Source: a virus
Direction: 5' to 3' (one strand)
Length of the DNA: 64,000 bases
Virus record (IMG/VR): IMGVR_UViG_3300019487_000026
Coordinates: 25,344 to 89,343 of that record
The notes beneath the pieces were generated by a model, which saw nothing but the letters and a program-made list of their open reading frames with translations, was not told the origin of the DNA and made no database searches. A program made the translations under genes and the position numbers. The stretch's first letter is position 1. The number at the start of each line of letters is the position of its first letter. Below, piece by piece: positions 7,201 through 17,050 of this stretch.

Positions 7201-9846
7201 TTATGTTGCGTTAGGAATGACGGACTTAAGCGTGACATAACCCAACCAAACCCAGTTTTCAGCCGCAACACCTGTAACAGTAATTGCTAGAGCTTCATTG
7301 GTATTGTCGGCGGTAATATTTGCATCCGTGGTTGCATCAGACTCCGCCAGTACTGTTTTGGTTGGCGCGACGAGTAGTGTTGTATTATTTGCGTTGTCAC
7401 GGAAAAGCACCCCGTCCGTAAACTTGTAAACAGCGTAATCATTATTAGCAACAGTTTGGCCTTGACCAATAACCACGGCGTCAAAATGCCACACCCTACT
7501 TGCCGAGATTGTAAGTCGAGCGCTGTCAAAGGTGCGTAGTTCCGATGGAGTTGCACTAGTCGTACGTAGACGCATTTGAACAACAGCTTCGTGCGAAGCA
7601 AAATCACCACCAGCAGCGCCAGTCGTTAGCTGACGCTCCACAGCGCTTCCAAACTCGGCGATACGAGCTGTGGCAGCACCTGTGCCAGTAAAGAAGGTTC
7701 GTGGTTGTGCGTTCGTAACGGTATAACCCATTGTAATGGCTTGTGATTCATTACTAATCGCCAAGGTACCAATAGCAATCGAATCACCCGCAGTTACGCC
7801 AGTTTCAGCACTTGGGCCTAAAGCAACAGAAAATTGACCACTTGCATTTGCGGAATTACCGATGGCCAGTGGCGATTGAATCCCATCTGCTACAGCACCA
7901 GCACCTATCGCTATTGCGCTTGGTCCGTCAATAATGGTACTTACTCCGATCGCAATGGAATTGGCTTCGCCGGTACCAGTCCCATTGGCGGATTTTCCGA
8001 TTGCAATTATGTTTGTGCCCTGTGCGTTTGCACTACTACCTATAGTAATCGCTTCTATTCCATTTGAAGTAGCAGCAATACCAATTGCTATAGCTCCGAA
8101 TTGGTTTGAGCCTGAACCTGTACCAATTGTGATTCCAAAGGTTGCATTTGACTGAGAATTTGGACCAATTACAACGCTATTCGTTGCTGTGCCAAATTGT
8201 CCTGCACTTGCACCAGTACCCCACACGACAGCGTCATCGGCTTGATTGATCGCTCCCGAGCCGATTGCAACTGCATTATTGCCTGACGCATTAGGTGGTG
8301 TCGCCGCAACAGGATTAGCATCGTAGAGTGCCGGGGAAACTGAAGACCATGACGGTGCAACGCCTGGGCCACCCGATACGATTGCTTGACCAGCCGTTCC
8401 CGATGCACCCTCGACCAACCACTCACCTGTTGAAAGAATAGTAAGTCTTGGCAAACCTGTAGTGGACAACGCAATACTAGCTCCAACTTCTAGTGTATCA
8501 CCATTACCACCTGTGATTGTAACGATACCGTCAGTGCCACCACCAGAACCAGCTGTGATATTGATATCACCACCAGCCCCAGAAAGGCTTGTACCACCAT
8601 TAATGTTGACAATACCAGCAGCACCCGGTCCTGATGAATTACCACCCGCAAGAGTAGTTATTCCTGCTGTTCCAACAAACGTGGCACCGGATGTTATATT
8701 GATACTGCCCGCATTAGTTCCAACACCATTTGTACCACCCGTTATATTAACGTCGCCTGGACTACCACTACCACCCGCAGTCCCCGTTGCTATATTAACA
8801 TCACCGCTATTACCAGTACCAAAAGCACTTTGACCACTGGTTATGAAAACAGAACCCCCCTCGGCACTGTTTGGCGTACCAAAACCATCTCCTCCTGCGA
8901 GATACAGATCCCCACCAGTAAATCCAGAACCACTGGTAAGACCAGCTCGAAGGACAGCATAAGCTCCATTCATACCAAATGAATCTGCTGCCACAAGAAG
9001 AACACCCGTACCTGGAGATACTGCAAAGTTTCCAAACAACGAAAGGGCGCCATTTATTGGATCGAATGTAAAGTTTGGTGAACTATCAATACCAGCGCCC
9101 GTTCCGTATACGATTTGGTTTGCTGGTTCCGCTGGTGTTGGTGCGACGGTATTAATCCAATTCGTTCCATTGAATGACAAGAATTGGCCTGATGATGGTG
9201 CTGTGAGAACAACATCTTGAAGTTGATCCAAAGAAATACCACTCTCGCCTTCAACAAACAACACACTGAAGTGATCTACGTCTAGCGTTGCACCAACACC
9301 ACTTGTTGCACCTTTTGATACTTGTGCAATCGGAGCACCTGAGCCACCAGGAAGATTCGTTGAGATTGTATGAACGAGAATACCATTGTTATAGAACTGC
9401 CAGCTTGCACCTGTATTGACGGCACGGAGAGGTCCGGCGATGATAAAGGCTGGACCTGTTGTCTGGCCGCCTCCATTACTACAAAAAGGAACTGCAGTCG
9501 TTGTCGTGATCATCCAGCCAACGGCATCTATGTAGCTCGGTGAGCCGCTGTCAGCAATCATTATCAATCCATTATCACCTGGTCCTGCGGATGTGATTGC
9601 AGCTATCCACGAAAATTCGTCAACGCTTGTAAAATTGATTGGTGTTGGAAGTAAACCACCAGCAGAAATGCCTGTTGAATGACCACCCGTGATTCCAGTG
9701 GTAATTCGCACTGCACCAAACGAAGCATTCGCAACGTTCGTAACAGTTCCGCTTCCGACTGCATTGAAAAGTGTCCAACCTAGACCCGTTCCTGTTACGA
9801 AATCATCAAACAAACCACGAGTTGCTGTGTCAAATGGTACGGCCAC
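7201..9846 (-). CDS. Tail fibre / adhesin-like protein with Gly-rich repeats and YadA-head-like (AIAIG) repeats
   Basis: 881 aa; G(D/N)(V/I)NITxG repeats and about 14-residue AIAIG repeats; TAAATA upstream. Confidence 0.75.
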   Translation of the reverse strand: MAVPFDTATRGLFDDFVTGTGLGWTLFNAVGSGTVTNVANASFGAVRITTGITGGHSTGISAGGLLPTPINFTSVDEFSWIAAITSAGPGDNGLIMIADSGSPSYIDAVGWMITTTTAVPFCSNGGGQTTGPAFIIAGPLRAVNTGASWQFYNNGILVHTISTNLPGGSGAPIAQVSKGATSGVGATLDVDHFSVLFVEGESGISLDQLQDVVLTAPSSGQFLSFNGTNWINTVAPTPAEPANQIVYGTGAGIDSSPNFTFDPINGALSLFGNFAVSPGTGVLLVAADSFGMNGAYAVLRAGLTSGSGFTGGDLYLAGGDGFGTPNSAEGGSVFITSGQSAFGTGNSGDVNIATGTAGGSGSPGDVNITGGTNGVGTNAGSINITSGATFVGTAGITTLAGGNSSGPGAAGIVNINGGTSLSGAGGDINITAGSGGGTDGIVTITGGNGDTLEVGASIALSTTGLPRLTILSTGEWLVEGASGTAGQAIVSGGPGVAPSWSSVSPALYDANPVAATPPNASGNNAVAIGSGAINQADDAVVWGTGASAGQFGTATNSVVIGPNSQSNATFGITIGTGSGSNQFGAIAIGIAATSNGIEAITIGSSANAQGTNIIAIGKSANGTGTGEANSIAIGVSTIIDGPSAIAIGAGAVADGIQSPLAIGNSANASGQFSVALGPSAETGVTAGDSIAIGTLAISNESQAITMGYTVTNAQPRTFFTGTGAATARIAEFGSAVERQLTTGAAGGDFASHEAVVQMRLRTTSATPSELRTFDSARLTISASRVWHFDAVVIGQGQTVANNDYAVYKFTDGVLFRDNANNTTLLVAPTKTVLAESDATTDANITADNTNEALAITVTGVAAENWVWLGYVTLKSVIPNAT

Positions 9847-9893
9847 GTGAAATCTCCCGAAATGTGTAAATATTTATCGTTTTCGAGGAGAAA

Positions 9894-10640
9894 CTACTGA
9901 AGTTCAGTATCAAGAAAAGCCAGCAGGGTTTTTGCTTCTCGAAAACTCATCCGTAATAGTCGATACTCACATTGCCGGGCGAATTGTGTTTTTGTTTCAT
10001 CATGAATCTTGAATCTTTCAAACCGATTGTTCTTATGAAAGAGGGGGGATTGCTTGAAGTGTTGCTCACCATCATATTCCAATAACAAATTTTTGGAAGG
10101 AATGTAGAAATCGAAAACAAGCTTTCGGTTTGTGAATGGTGATCGACAATTGTCGAATTTCTTTTGACGGATAAAGACAATATTGCGTTCGGTAAGTGCC
10201 TTGGCAATGCGTTCCTCAACAAATGATCCCTTTGACGAACAGGTAGGGCAGGCTTGACCGGTGAGATGTTTTTCGGCTCGAGCAATACGAAACAATCCGT
10301 GTGTGGGACAAAGAATTTCAATCGGCTTATGACTTGCAATATAACAAACGTTTGTGTAATCATAAACCTTTCCGTGTATCACTTCCGCTCGCTGTTGAAA
10401 TTCTTTTTTCGTCAACACCGTCCTTTCTCGATTTCGTTTTGCTTTTGCAAGACGTTCACATTGTGGACAGCCTTGTTTGTGTGATGTGTGATTGTTTGGT
10501 CTTTGAGAGAATGATCCGTGTTGTTTACAAATAATCTCAATCTTTGTAGCGGCATTTTTGTAAATAACACGCGAATAATCATAATGCTGACCGTGCACTT
10601 TTCGCGCCTTGTTTATAAAAAGAGTTGTATTGAGTCTCAT
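9894..10640 (-). CDS. Free-standing homing endonuclease-like protein (repeated Zn-binding units plus a PD-(D/E)XK/Vsr-like C-terminus)
   Basis: HG..YDY...IIC..HG.F repeats; FDFYIP...LLEYDGEQHF. Confidence 0.8.
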   Translation of the reverse strand: MRLNTTLFINKARKVHGQHYDYSRVIYKNAATKIEIICKQHGSFSQRPNNHTSHKQGCPQCERLAKAKRNRERTVLTKKEFQQRAEVIHGKVYDYTNVCYIASHKPIEILCPTHGLFRIARAEKHLTGQACPTCSSKGSFVEERIAKALTERNIVFIRQKKFDNCRSPFTNRKLVFDFYIPSKNLLLEYDGEQHFKQSPLFHKNNRFERFKIHDETKTQFARQCEYRLLRMSFREAKTLLAFLDTELQ

Positions 10641-10669
10641 ATGTTCATATTTAGGAGGAGCTACAAACT

Positions 10670-11239
10670 ATGTCAAATTTCGATGTTGCAATAGAAGTCA
10701 TTCTCAAAAACGAGGGGGGATTCGTGAATCACCCCAATGATCCAGGTGGAGCAACCTCCTATGGTATCAGCCTACGATTTTTGGCCGAACATCCAGAGCT
10801 TGGGGATTTTGATTTAGACGGTGATGTAGATATTGAAGATATTGCGAATATGACACGTGAACAAGCGATCGAAATTTACCGTATCTGTTGGTGGGACCAA
10901 TATGGCTACGGGCGCATCATTGACCAAACAATTGCTACAAAGGTCTTTGATCATTCTGTGAACATGGGTGCAAAACGAGCTCACATTCTTCTCCAGACAG
11001 CGTTAAACAAAGCATTTGGTTTGAACCTATCAGTTGATGGTGTTTTGGGCAATGCGTCTTGTAATGCGATCAATCATTGCCTAGATGGCGACCAAGAACA
11101 GATACTGTTGTCAGCATATTGCGAAGAGATTTGGGGCTTTTATTCACGCCTTATCGCTGGTAATCCGAAGTTTAAAGTGTTCGAAAGAGGTTGGAAGCGA
11201 CGAGCGTTTGAACTCTGCGGAGCAAATGAATTAGGTTGA
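10670..11239 (+). CDS. GH108 lysozyme (endolysin) with peptidoglycan-binding domain
   Basis: EGGFVNHPNDPGGATSYGIS, FD.SVNMG, DGVLG, F.RGW.RR. Confidence 0.92.
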   Translation: MSNFDVAIEVILKNEGGFVNHPNDPGGATSYGISLRFLAEHPELGDFDLDGDVDIEDIANMTREQAIEIYRICWWDQYGYGRIIDQTIATKVFDHSVNMGAKRAHILLQTALNKAFGLNLSVDGVLGNASCNAINHCLDGDQEQILLSAYCEEIWGFYSRLIAGNPKFKVFERGWKRRAFELCGANELG

Positions 11240-11265
11240 CCTTTGACCCCTTTTAGGAGATGGTA

Positions 11266-11373
11266 ATGGAACTTGTACGCTATGTTGTGGCTTTTGCACT
11301 TGAAAACCCATATACTTTTGGAGCAATACTATTTGTTATTGGTGGTTTGATTGCCGCCTTTACTGCCAAATGA
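11266..11373 (+). CDS. 35-aa membrane peptide next to the endolysin
   Basis: AGGAG RBS; MELVRYVVAFALENPYTFGAILFVIGGLIAAFTAK. Confidence 0.5.
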   Translation: MELVRYVVAFALENPYTFGAILFVIGGLIAAFTAK

Positions 11374-11379
11374 GTTAAC

Positions 11380-12180
11380 ATGAAACTCCGGATTTTTTCC
11401 GATTTGCACATTGAATTTACCGATTATCATTTCGAGAAGCTCGATGATGATAAAGAGACTATTTGTATCCTTGCTGGCGATATTGGTGTTCCGTTGAATC
11501 GACCGGGCGAGCCGAGTCCATTAATGGCGTTCCTTGGTCGTGCTAGTGAACAATTCAAACGTGTTCTGTATGTTGTTGGCAACCATGAATACTATCATGG
11601 CTGGTTTCCAGCAACTCGACGACATATTGCTGAGGACATTGAAGATGCTAAATTTGGCAACGTGATCCTTCTCGAGGATGCAATGCATGTTGAAGACAAC
11701 GTTGCATTCATTGGTGCTACACTATGGACATACTTGAATCCAATTGGTGCTCATCACGCAATGGCTTACATGAATGACTTTCGCATCATCAAGAAACAGG
11801 ACGGAGCTCTTGTTCGTCGTTTCCGTCCGGAAGATGCGAATATTGTCCATGAAACTTCGAAGCATTTTATCAAGACTGCGGCTCAGTTGGCACACGAGAA
11901 TGGTCAGAAGGTTGTTGTGATCACTCATCATGGCCCTTCGTACCAGTCTGTTCATGCTCGCTATAAAGACAGCATGATGAATGATGCATTCGTTTCGAAT
12001 CTGGAACCACTGATTGAAACAATTCATCCTGTTTTGTGGATTCATGGTCATGTGCACGATCCATTCGATTACATGGTCGATGAGACTCGTGTAATTGCGA
12101 ATCCTCGTGGCTACCCACAAGAGCAGATTCGTTCGAGAGCTGAAAAACGCCACGACCCTCTTTTGGCCGTAGAAGTCTAG
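11380..12180 (+). CDS. Calcineurin-like metallophosphoesterase
   Basis: SDLH, AGD, GNHE, THH, HGHVH, NPRGY. Confidence 0.92.
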   Translation: MKLRIFSDLHIEFTDYHFEKLDDDKETICILAGDIGVPLNRPGEPSPLMAFLGRASEQFKRVLYVVGNHEYYHGWFPATRRHIAEDIEDAKFGNVILLEDAMHVEDNVAFIGATLWTYLNPIGAHHAMAYMNDFRIIKKQDGALVRRFRPEDANIVHETSKHFIKTAAQLAHENGQKVVVITHHGPSYQSVHARYKDSMMNDAFVSNLEPLIETIHPVLWIHGHVHDPFDYMVDETRVIANPRGYPQEQIRSRAEKRHDPLLAVEV

Positions 12181-12229
12181 GCCGAGTTTATCTACACAAG
12201 CATAAATAGCTGAAATATGGAGAGAACCC

Positions 12230-12535
12230 ATGAGTAAGCTACTTGAAGAAATGCGTAAATTTGCTGGTATTCCTGTTGCGGCGCCGCCAGAAGGATTAAA
12301 GCGTCTTCCACCAATTAAACTCACGGAAGAAGATGTTTCAGCCGAACACATTGCGAAGGAGCGTGAAGTGTTTAACGCTTGCATCAAGTCTTGCGAAGAA
12401 ATCCTCAAGATGTGTGAGGCCCGCCTGAAAGAAAAAGGCCTAAGCGATGAACACCGCAAACAATACACAGAGATGTGTGCTTGCACAAAAGAACACGTCG
12501 CAGGGCTGAAAAAGCACCTCGCAAGTTATAAGTAG
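12230..12535 (+). CDS. Hypothetical late protein
   Basis: TAAATA and GGAG upstream. Confidence 0.65.
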   Translation: MSKLLEEMRKFAGIPVAAPPEGLKRLPPIKLTEEDVSAEHIAKEREVFNACIKSCEEILKMCEARLKEKGLSDEHRKQYTEMCACTKEHVAGLKKHLASYK

Positions 12536-12543
12536 GTCATCCT

Positions 12544-12965
12544 ATGAAGCTGGAAACGCTTCACAATCAAACACGAGATGCGCTGGACTTCCGCTATCAC
12601 CATCTTTATGGACAACTAATGTCTTGTACAAACAAATGCGAGCGGATTATGTGAAAGAATATGACGAGTGGCCTGAGATGTTTACTTCAGACACGTTCGG
12701 TCGCGTGCGTTATCCTATCATTGTTGAAAGAAAATTTGGTCAAGCAACCAAACGTGTTGGTGAGTGGGAAGACAAAGAGAAAGAGAAAGAGAAACTGAAT
12801 CTCGGTATTTCATCAGAAGGATTTCATATTTGGTTGGATTGGCCCGGGCATGAAAAATTTCAGCCATTAGTTGTGCAATTAACAAAAATCGTCCAAGCCA
12901 CGGTTGAGCATGGAATTGTAGCCGATAATCCTTCTTCGTGGTGGGAGAAGTTACTAAACTGGTAA
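12544..12965 (+). pseudogene. Hypothetical protein with an apparent frameshift near 12620
   Basis: MKLETLH... start frame is out of phase with ORF 12624-12965. Confidence 0.45.
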
Positions 12966-13022
12966 CCAATAAATACATATGTTGACCTTTTACGATTGCT
13001 TATCGTAGAATGGCCATAGGTG

Positions 13023-13065
13023 GAGGGATAGACCCTCAACCACTAATTTTGGAAGGATTTTCCAA
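13023..13065 (+). promoter_or_regulatory. nadM leader: hairpin with ATAGA loop plus an SD-containing hairpin
   Basis: GAGGG-ATAGA-CCCTC and TTGGAAG-GAT-TTTCCAA-ATG. Confidence 0.55.
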
Positions 13066-14097
13066 ATGCCTACGTATCAATACGACTACATTGTTTTCAT
13101 TGGCCGATTTCAGCCATTCCATAACGGACACAAATATGCCCTTGATCGAGCTCTAACACTTGCTGAGCGAGTGATTGTGTTTGTTGGTAGTGCCTTTCAG
13201 CCTCGTACAATCAAGAATCCGTTCACGGCTGAAGAGCGTATCGAAATGCTTCATTCCGTATATCCGGACAACAAACAACTTATTTCTCTACCTATTCGCG
13301 ATCAACTGTACAACGATCAGCGCTGGATTGCGGAGATTCAGGAGAAGACGCGTACCGTGATCGCCGCTGCTGGTTGGCGCCCGGGCCCAACGAAAATTGG
13401 AATCACGGGGTTCAGCAAAGACGAAAGTTCATATTATCTCGATCTGTTCCCCCAGTGGGAATCTGTTCCGCATGAACCAATCGATATGATCAATGCGACC
13501 GACATTCGGCGATTGCTGTTTGAAGGAATCAGCGCCTCGTTCGTTAAGAGTACGATGCCTGAAGTTGTTTTCGACTATGTGTCGAAATTCAAGAATTCAG
13601 ACGACTTCAAACAACTGCGTCGTGAGTACGACTTTATCAAGCAGTATAAGGCTGCTTGGAGTGTTGCTCCATATGCGCCAACCTTTCTTACCGTCGATGC
13701 AGGTGTTATTCAGTCGGGACACATTCTGCTCGTTCAACGCAAAGCGTCTCCAGGGGAGGGATTGTGGGCTCTGCCGGGTGGTTTTGTTAATCAGAACGAA
13801 ACGATTGTTGATGCGATGGTTCGTGAGCTTCGCGAAGAGACTAAACTTAAGGTTCCTGCTCCCGTGTTGAAGGGTTCGATCAAAGCAATGAAAGTATTCG
13901 ATCATCCTGATCGTTCTTTGCGTGGACGAACTATTACTCATGCACACCTGATCGAGCTGCCGGCAGGTCCGCTACCTGCTGTCAAAGGTGGTGATGACGC
14001 AAAGAAAGCAAAATGGTTTCCGATCAGTGAAATCCGGAGTTAAAATCTTTTCGAGGATCACTATGACATTATTCAGTACTTTTTGGGCCAAGTGTAA
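13066..14097 (+). CDS. nadM: Bifunctional NMN adenylyltransferase / ADP-ribose pyrophosphatase, with an in-frame TAA at 14041
   Basis: GRFQPFHNGH, Nudix box GG...RELREET; the conserved LFEDHYDII tail continues in frame after the TAA. Confidence 0.9.
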
Positions 14098-14476
14098 GCC
14101 AACCCTTTGGTGGGAGTGGTTGCCCGGACGACAAACGAACGGGGCGTATTACAAAATGCGTTTGTGGCAGTCCAAGTGGCCCTTCATGCATGACGTATGG
14201 TTGATTCATTATCCGGAAGGCTCATACATTCCTCCTCATATTGATGAGGTTGATAGATATCGACACTATCGGTTGAATATTGTTCTCCGCGAGGCTGTTG
14301 AAGGTGGAGATTTTGAGCCCTCTGGCCTGATGCAACCTTTTATTAACACCCGTCGGGTGAAATTCTTTCGGCCTGATCGAATCGTGCATGGCGTAAAGAA
14401 GATCGTTAAAGGTACTCGATTAGTGTTGAGTATTGGATGGGCGTTGAAAAAGAAACGACCGGGGCCACCATGGTGA
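14063..14476 (+). CDS. 2OG-Fe(II) oxygenase-like protein
   Basis: PPHID...HGV...RLVLSIG; start uncertain. Confidence 0.7.
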   Translation: MTLFSTFWAKCKPTLWWEWLPGRQTNGAYYKMRLWQSKWPFMHDVWLIHYPEGSYIPPHIDEVDRYRHYRLNIVLREAVEGGDFEPSGLMQPFINTRRVKFFRPDRIVHGVKKIVKGTRLVLSIGWALKKKRPGPPW

Positions 14477-14832
14477 AAAACCTCAGTGCAACTCCAGACG
14501 GATGTAGTGATTACGCCTGGCAGAGGTACAATTATTTTTGTGACCGATTGGTGGATTTGCATAACACTTGTGTGTTTGCTTTTGAAAAGAAGTATGGATT
14601 TAGGCTCGCAGACCTTGAAAGAGGCAACGAATTTCCTTTGCGGATGACAGATTTCGCTGTTATTGAAGTTATTGCTGTGCTAGACTCCTCGACGAACTTG
14701 AGTAGAGATTGCCCCATGCGTGTGTGGACGGAGTGGACATTTGCTGAGGACCTGCTTAGAATGATCGATGAAGTGAATAACTCATCAAGGGGTCTCTATA
14801 ATGAAAGAAAACAAAAGACTAAAGGGAGCTAA
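14470..14832 (+). CDS. Hypothetical protein
   Basis: ORF track. Confidence 0.45.
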   Translation: MVKNLSATPDGCSDYAWQRYNYFCDRLVDLHNTCVFAFEKKYGFRLADLERGNEFPLRMTDFAVIEVIAVLDSSTNLSRDCPMRVWTEWTFAEDLLRMIDEVNNSSRGLYNERKQKTKGS

Positions 14833-15050
14833 TCTTTTGACACTGGCCGCAACGAAACACTTGAGCAGGCGATAAAACTTGACTTGATGCTCTTGCAATT
14901 GTTCGATCGACACAATATTCCGTACAGAACATTTCGCGTCAACGAAGAAATCGAGAAGCAAGTGTTTGACTACATCTGGGAAAGGTTTGAACGCGTTTCA
15001 GCCGTAAGTTGACTTTTGCGGTTCGACCATATATAGTTAACCCTTACAAT

Positions 15051-15126
15051 TGCGGGTTAGAGCAGAAGTAGCTCGCCTGGCTCATAACCAGGAGGCCGTG
15101 GCGTGCAATTCCCACACCCGCTACCA
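15051..15126 (+). tRNA. tRNA-Met(CAT), initiator-like (1:72 mismatch)
   Basis: CCTGG-CTCATAA-CCAGG arm, CCA end. Confidence 0.85.
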
Positions 15127-15387
15127 ATCAGTTGCGCAGGTTAGTGATACTTCATCACTCGTGCGAACTAGAGAGGCAACTCTTTAGCGTGTGCCGAACA
15201 CGTGAGTTAGTAGTCGCAAGGCGAAAGCAGAAGGTCAGTGGTAGTGCTGTTCACTATCCCCTTCAGGAGGGAGAGAATGATTATGCTCTGGAAATCAGGG
15301 CCGTGGCTGACACGTTATAAGCGGCTTGGGGTACAGAAATAATTCTGGATCACAAAGCGACGGCACTAGCCGACCTATACTCTGATT
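15127..15387 (+). ncRNA. Y-RNA-like structured ncRNA 1 (long variant)
   Basis: 5' ATCAG-TTGCGCAGGTTAGTGATACTTCA and 3' CACTAGCCGACCTATACT-CTGAT; termini shared with the RNAs at 37007 and 40008. Confidence 0.6.
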
Positions 15388-15404
15388 GAATTTTTTTGAG
15401 AAAT

Positions 15405-15629
15405 ATGCCAACAGTCCATCTAAATCCAGAACGACAATCTCTCAAAGATGTCGAAATTGCTCTCCGCAAGCTGAAGAAGCTTGTCGAAAAATGTGGGACA
15501 TTGAAAAAGCTTCATGAGAAGGAATTTCATGAGCGTGCCGGTGTCAAACGCAATCGTAAACGTGCTGCTGCCATTATGCGGTGGCGTCGAGAAACCCAAA
15601 AGCACCAACTCCCGCCAAAACTTTACTGA
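15405..15629 (+). CDS. rpsU: Phage ribosomal protein bS21
   Basis: VEIALRKLKK.VEK.G.LK.L..KEFHE...KRNRKRAAA..RWRR. Confidence 0.85.
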   Translation: MPTVHLNPERQSLKDVEIALRKLKKLVEKCGTLKKLHEKEFHERAGVKRNRKRAAAIMRWRRETQKHQLPPKLY

Positions 15630-16039
15630 TGGCCTCCAATCCTGATATCTTGTTTGCCAATTATCGTATTGGTGATGACTTGTGGAGAGATCGTCCGGTC
15701 GAGGATCGTATTAAACACCTCGAAGAGCAACTCAAGAAAGTTTTGCTCCAGCGAGAACATTTCCGAAGAAATTCGGAACCATCTGTAGACGCCAACGAGA
15801 AAGTTCTTCGAAGTGCTAGCTGGTTGTGGGCTAAACAATCAAATCAATCAACTGCATTTCCAGCGGTACACCATCCGTTCTATCTTTGGCGTGGTGATAT
15901 GTGTGTCCTTATTTGTCACCAAAACATCATTAATGCTGTGCAAGGACGAGCTCGTGAAGCATGGGAAGAGGAGTGTCAGCGAGCACTTGAAAAAGAACAG
16001 GGAAGGAAAAATCGGGAGGAAAAATGTGTCGATTCGTAG
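15629..16039 (+). CDS. Hypothetical protein
   Basis: ORF coupled to bS21 (TGATG). Confidence 0.55.
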   Translation: MASNPDILFANYRIGDDLWRDRPVEDRIKHLEEQLKKVLLQREHFRRNSEPSVDANEKVLRSASWLWAKQSNQSTAFPAVHHPFYLWRGDMCVLICHQNIINAVQGRAREAWEEECQRALEKEQGRKNREEKCVDS

Positions 16040-16870
16040 TGTATCATGGTCATCCAGTATTGATTGCGGATCTGCTTTACAGACCTAAGCATGGTCTGGT
16101 TGAACAGAGCATGCGATCCGAACAAAGCTTTCAAAGCTACAATGCTGATGGTTTTGGGATTGGCTTTTATACAGAAGGGTTTCCGAACCCCTGCGTGATT
16201 CGTTCAACGACACCCGCCTGGGCAAATACAGGTTTACAGGAGTTGTCGAATCGAGTCTATTCGACACGAATCTTCGGCCACGTTCGAGCCGCCTCACCGG
16301 GACTCGAAGTGCAAACAACAAACTGCCATCCATTTACAGCAGGTCGGTATCAGTTTATGCACAATGGAGCGATTGGTGATTTCCGTAAAGTGAAACGCCA
16401 AATCCAAAATGCACTGTCAGACGTGGGAATGTATTCGCGGTTCAACTGACACGGAACATGCATTTGGCTTGTTCTTACACGGTGTTGGTAGTCTTGACAA
16501 GAGACTGAGTACAAGTGAGATGCGCACCCTGCTCGTGATGACAATTGCAACACTAGTCCATATTGCTCAACTGCAAAAGAATCCACTGACATTGAACTTC
16601 GCAGTTTCGGACGGCTACTCAACAGTTGTCTCTCGCTTTGCTGCCAATGCTGAACAATCGCCAACATTGTACTATTCTTCTGGACAAAGATACGTACTGA
16701 ATGGAAATGACTGCGACATGATCCCATCATCTAACGGACACACAGGAGCAACGCTAATCGCGAGCGAACCTATCACGCGGCAACCTAATGAGTGGACTTT
16801 GGTTCCTCAAAACCACACGGTTTCTGTAGATCCAGACGGAATGTGCTCTGTTGAAAAAATCACCATATAA
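16024..16870 (+). pseudogene. Class II glutamine amidotransferase (EgtC/YafJ-like), frameshifted near 16425
   Basis: MCRF N-terminal Cys, NADGFGIG, HVRAAS, NCHPF, MHNG; the second frame has GSTDTEH and ASEP. Confidence 0.85.
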
Positions 16871-17050
16871 TACTGAAATGTTGGAGAGTGGGAGGGGACA
16901 GATTTGTAAGGGGAAAAACCGACCCCTTTCTGGAATATAAATACAAGATTACGTAATAGGCTTCGAGAGTTGGACATTGTGTCGAATTCTCAACTAACTG
17001 ACTTTAATTAAAGGGATCTTAGTCAGTGATCCGTTAGAAAGAGGAATGCT

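Noticed and set aside
11722-12486. Long antisense ORFs (also 32745-33269, 39037-39657, 51751-52422, 56746-57327)
   Set aside because: Shadows of well-supported genes on the opposite strand, with no motifs or RBS.
16409-16449. Programmed frameshift in the amidotransferase gene
   Set aside because: No slippery sequence seen; similar breaks near 12620, 17925 and 37245 point to indel errors or decay.
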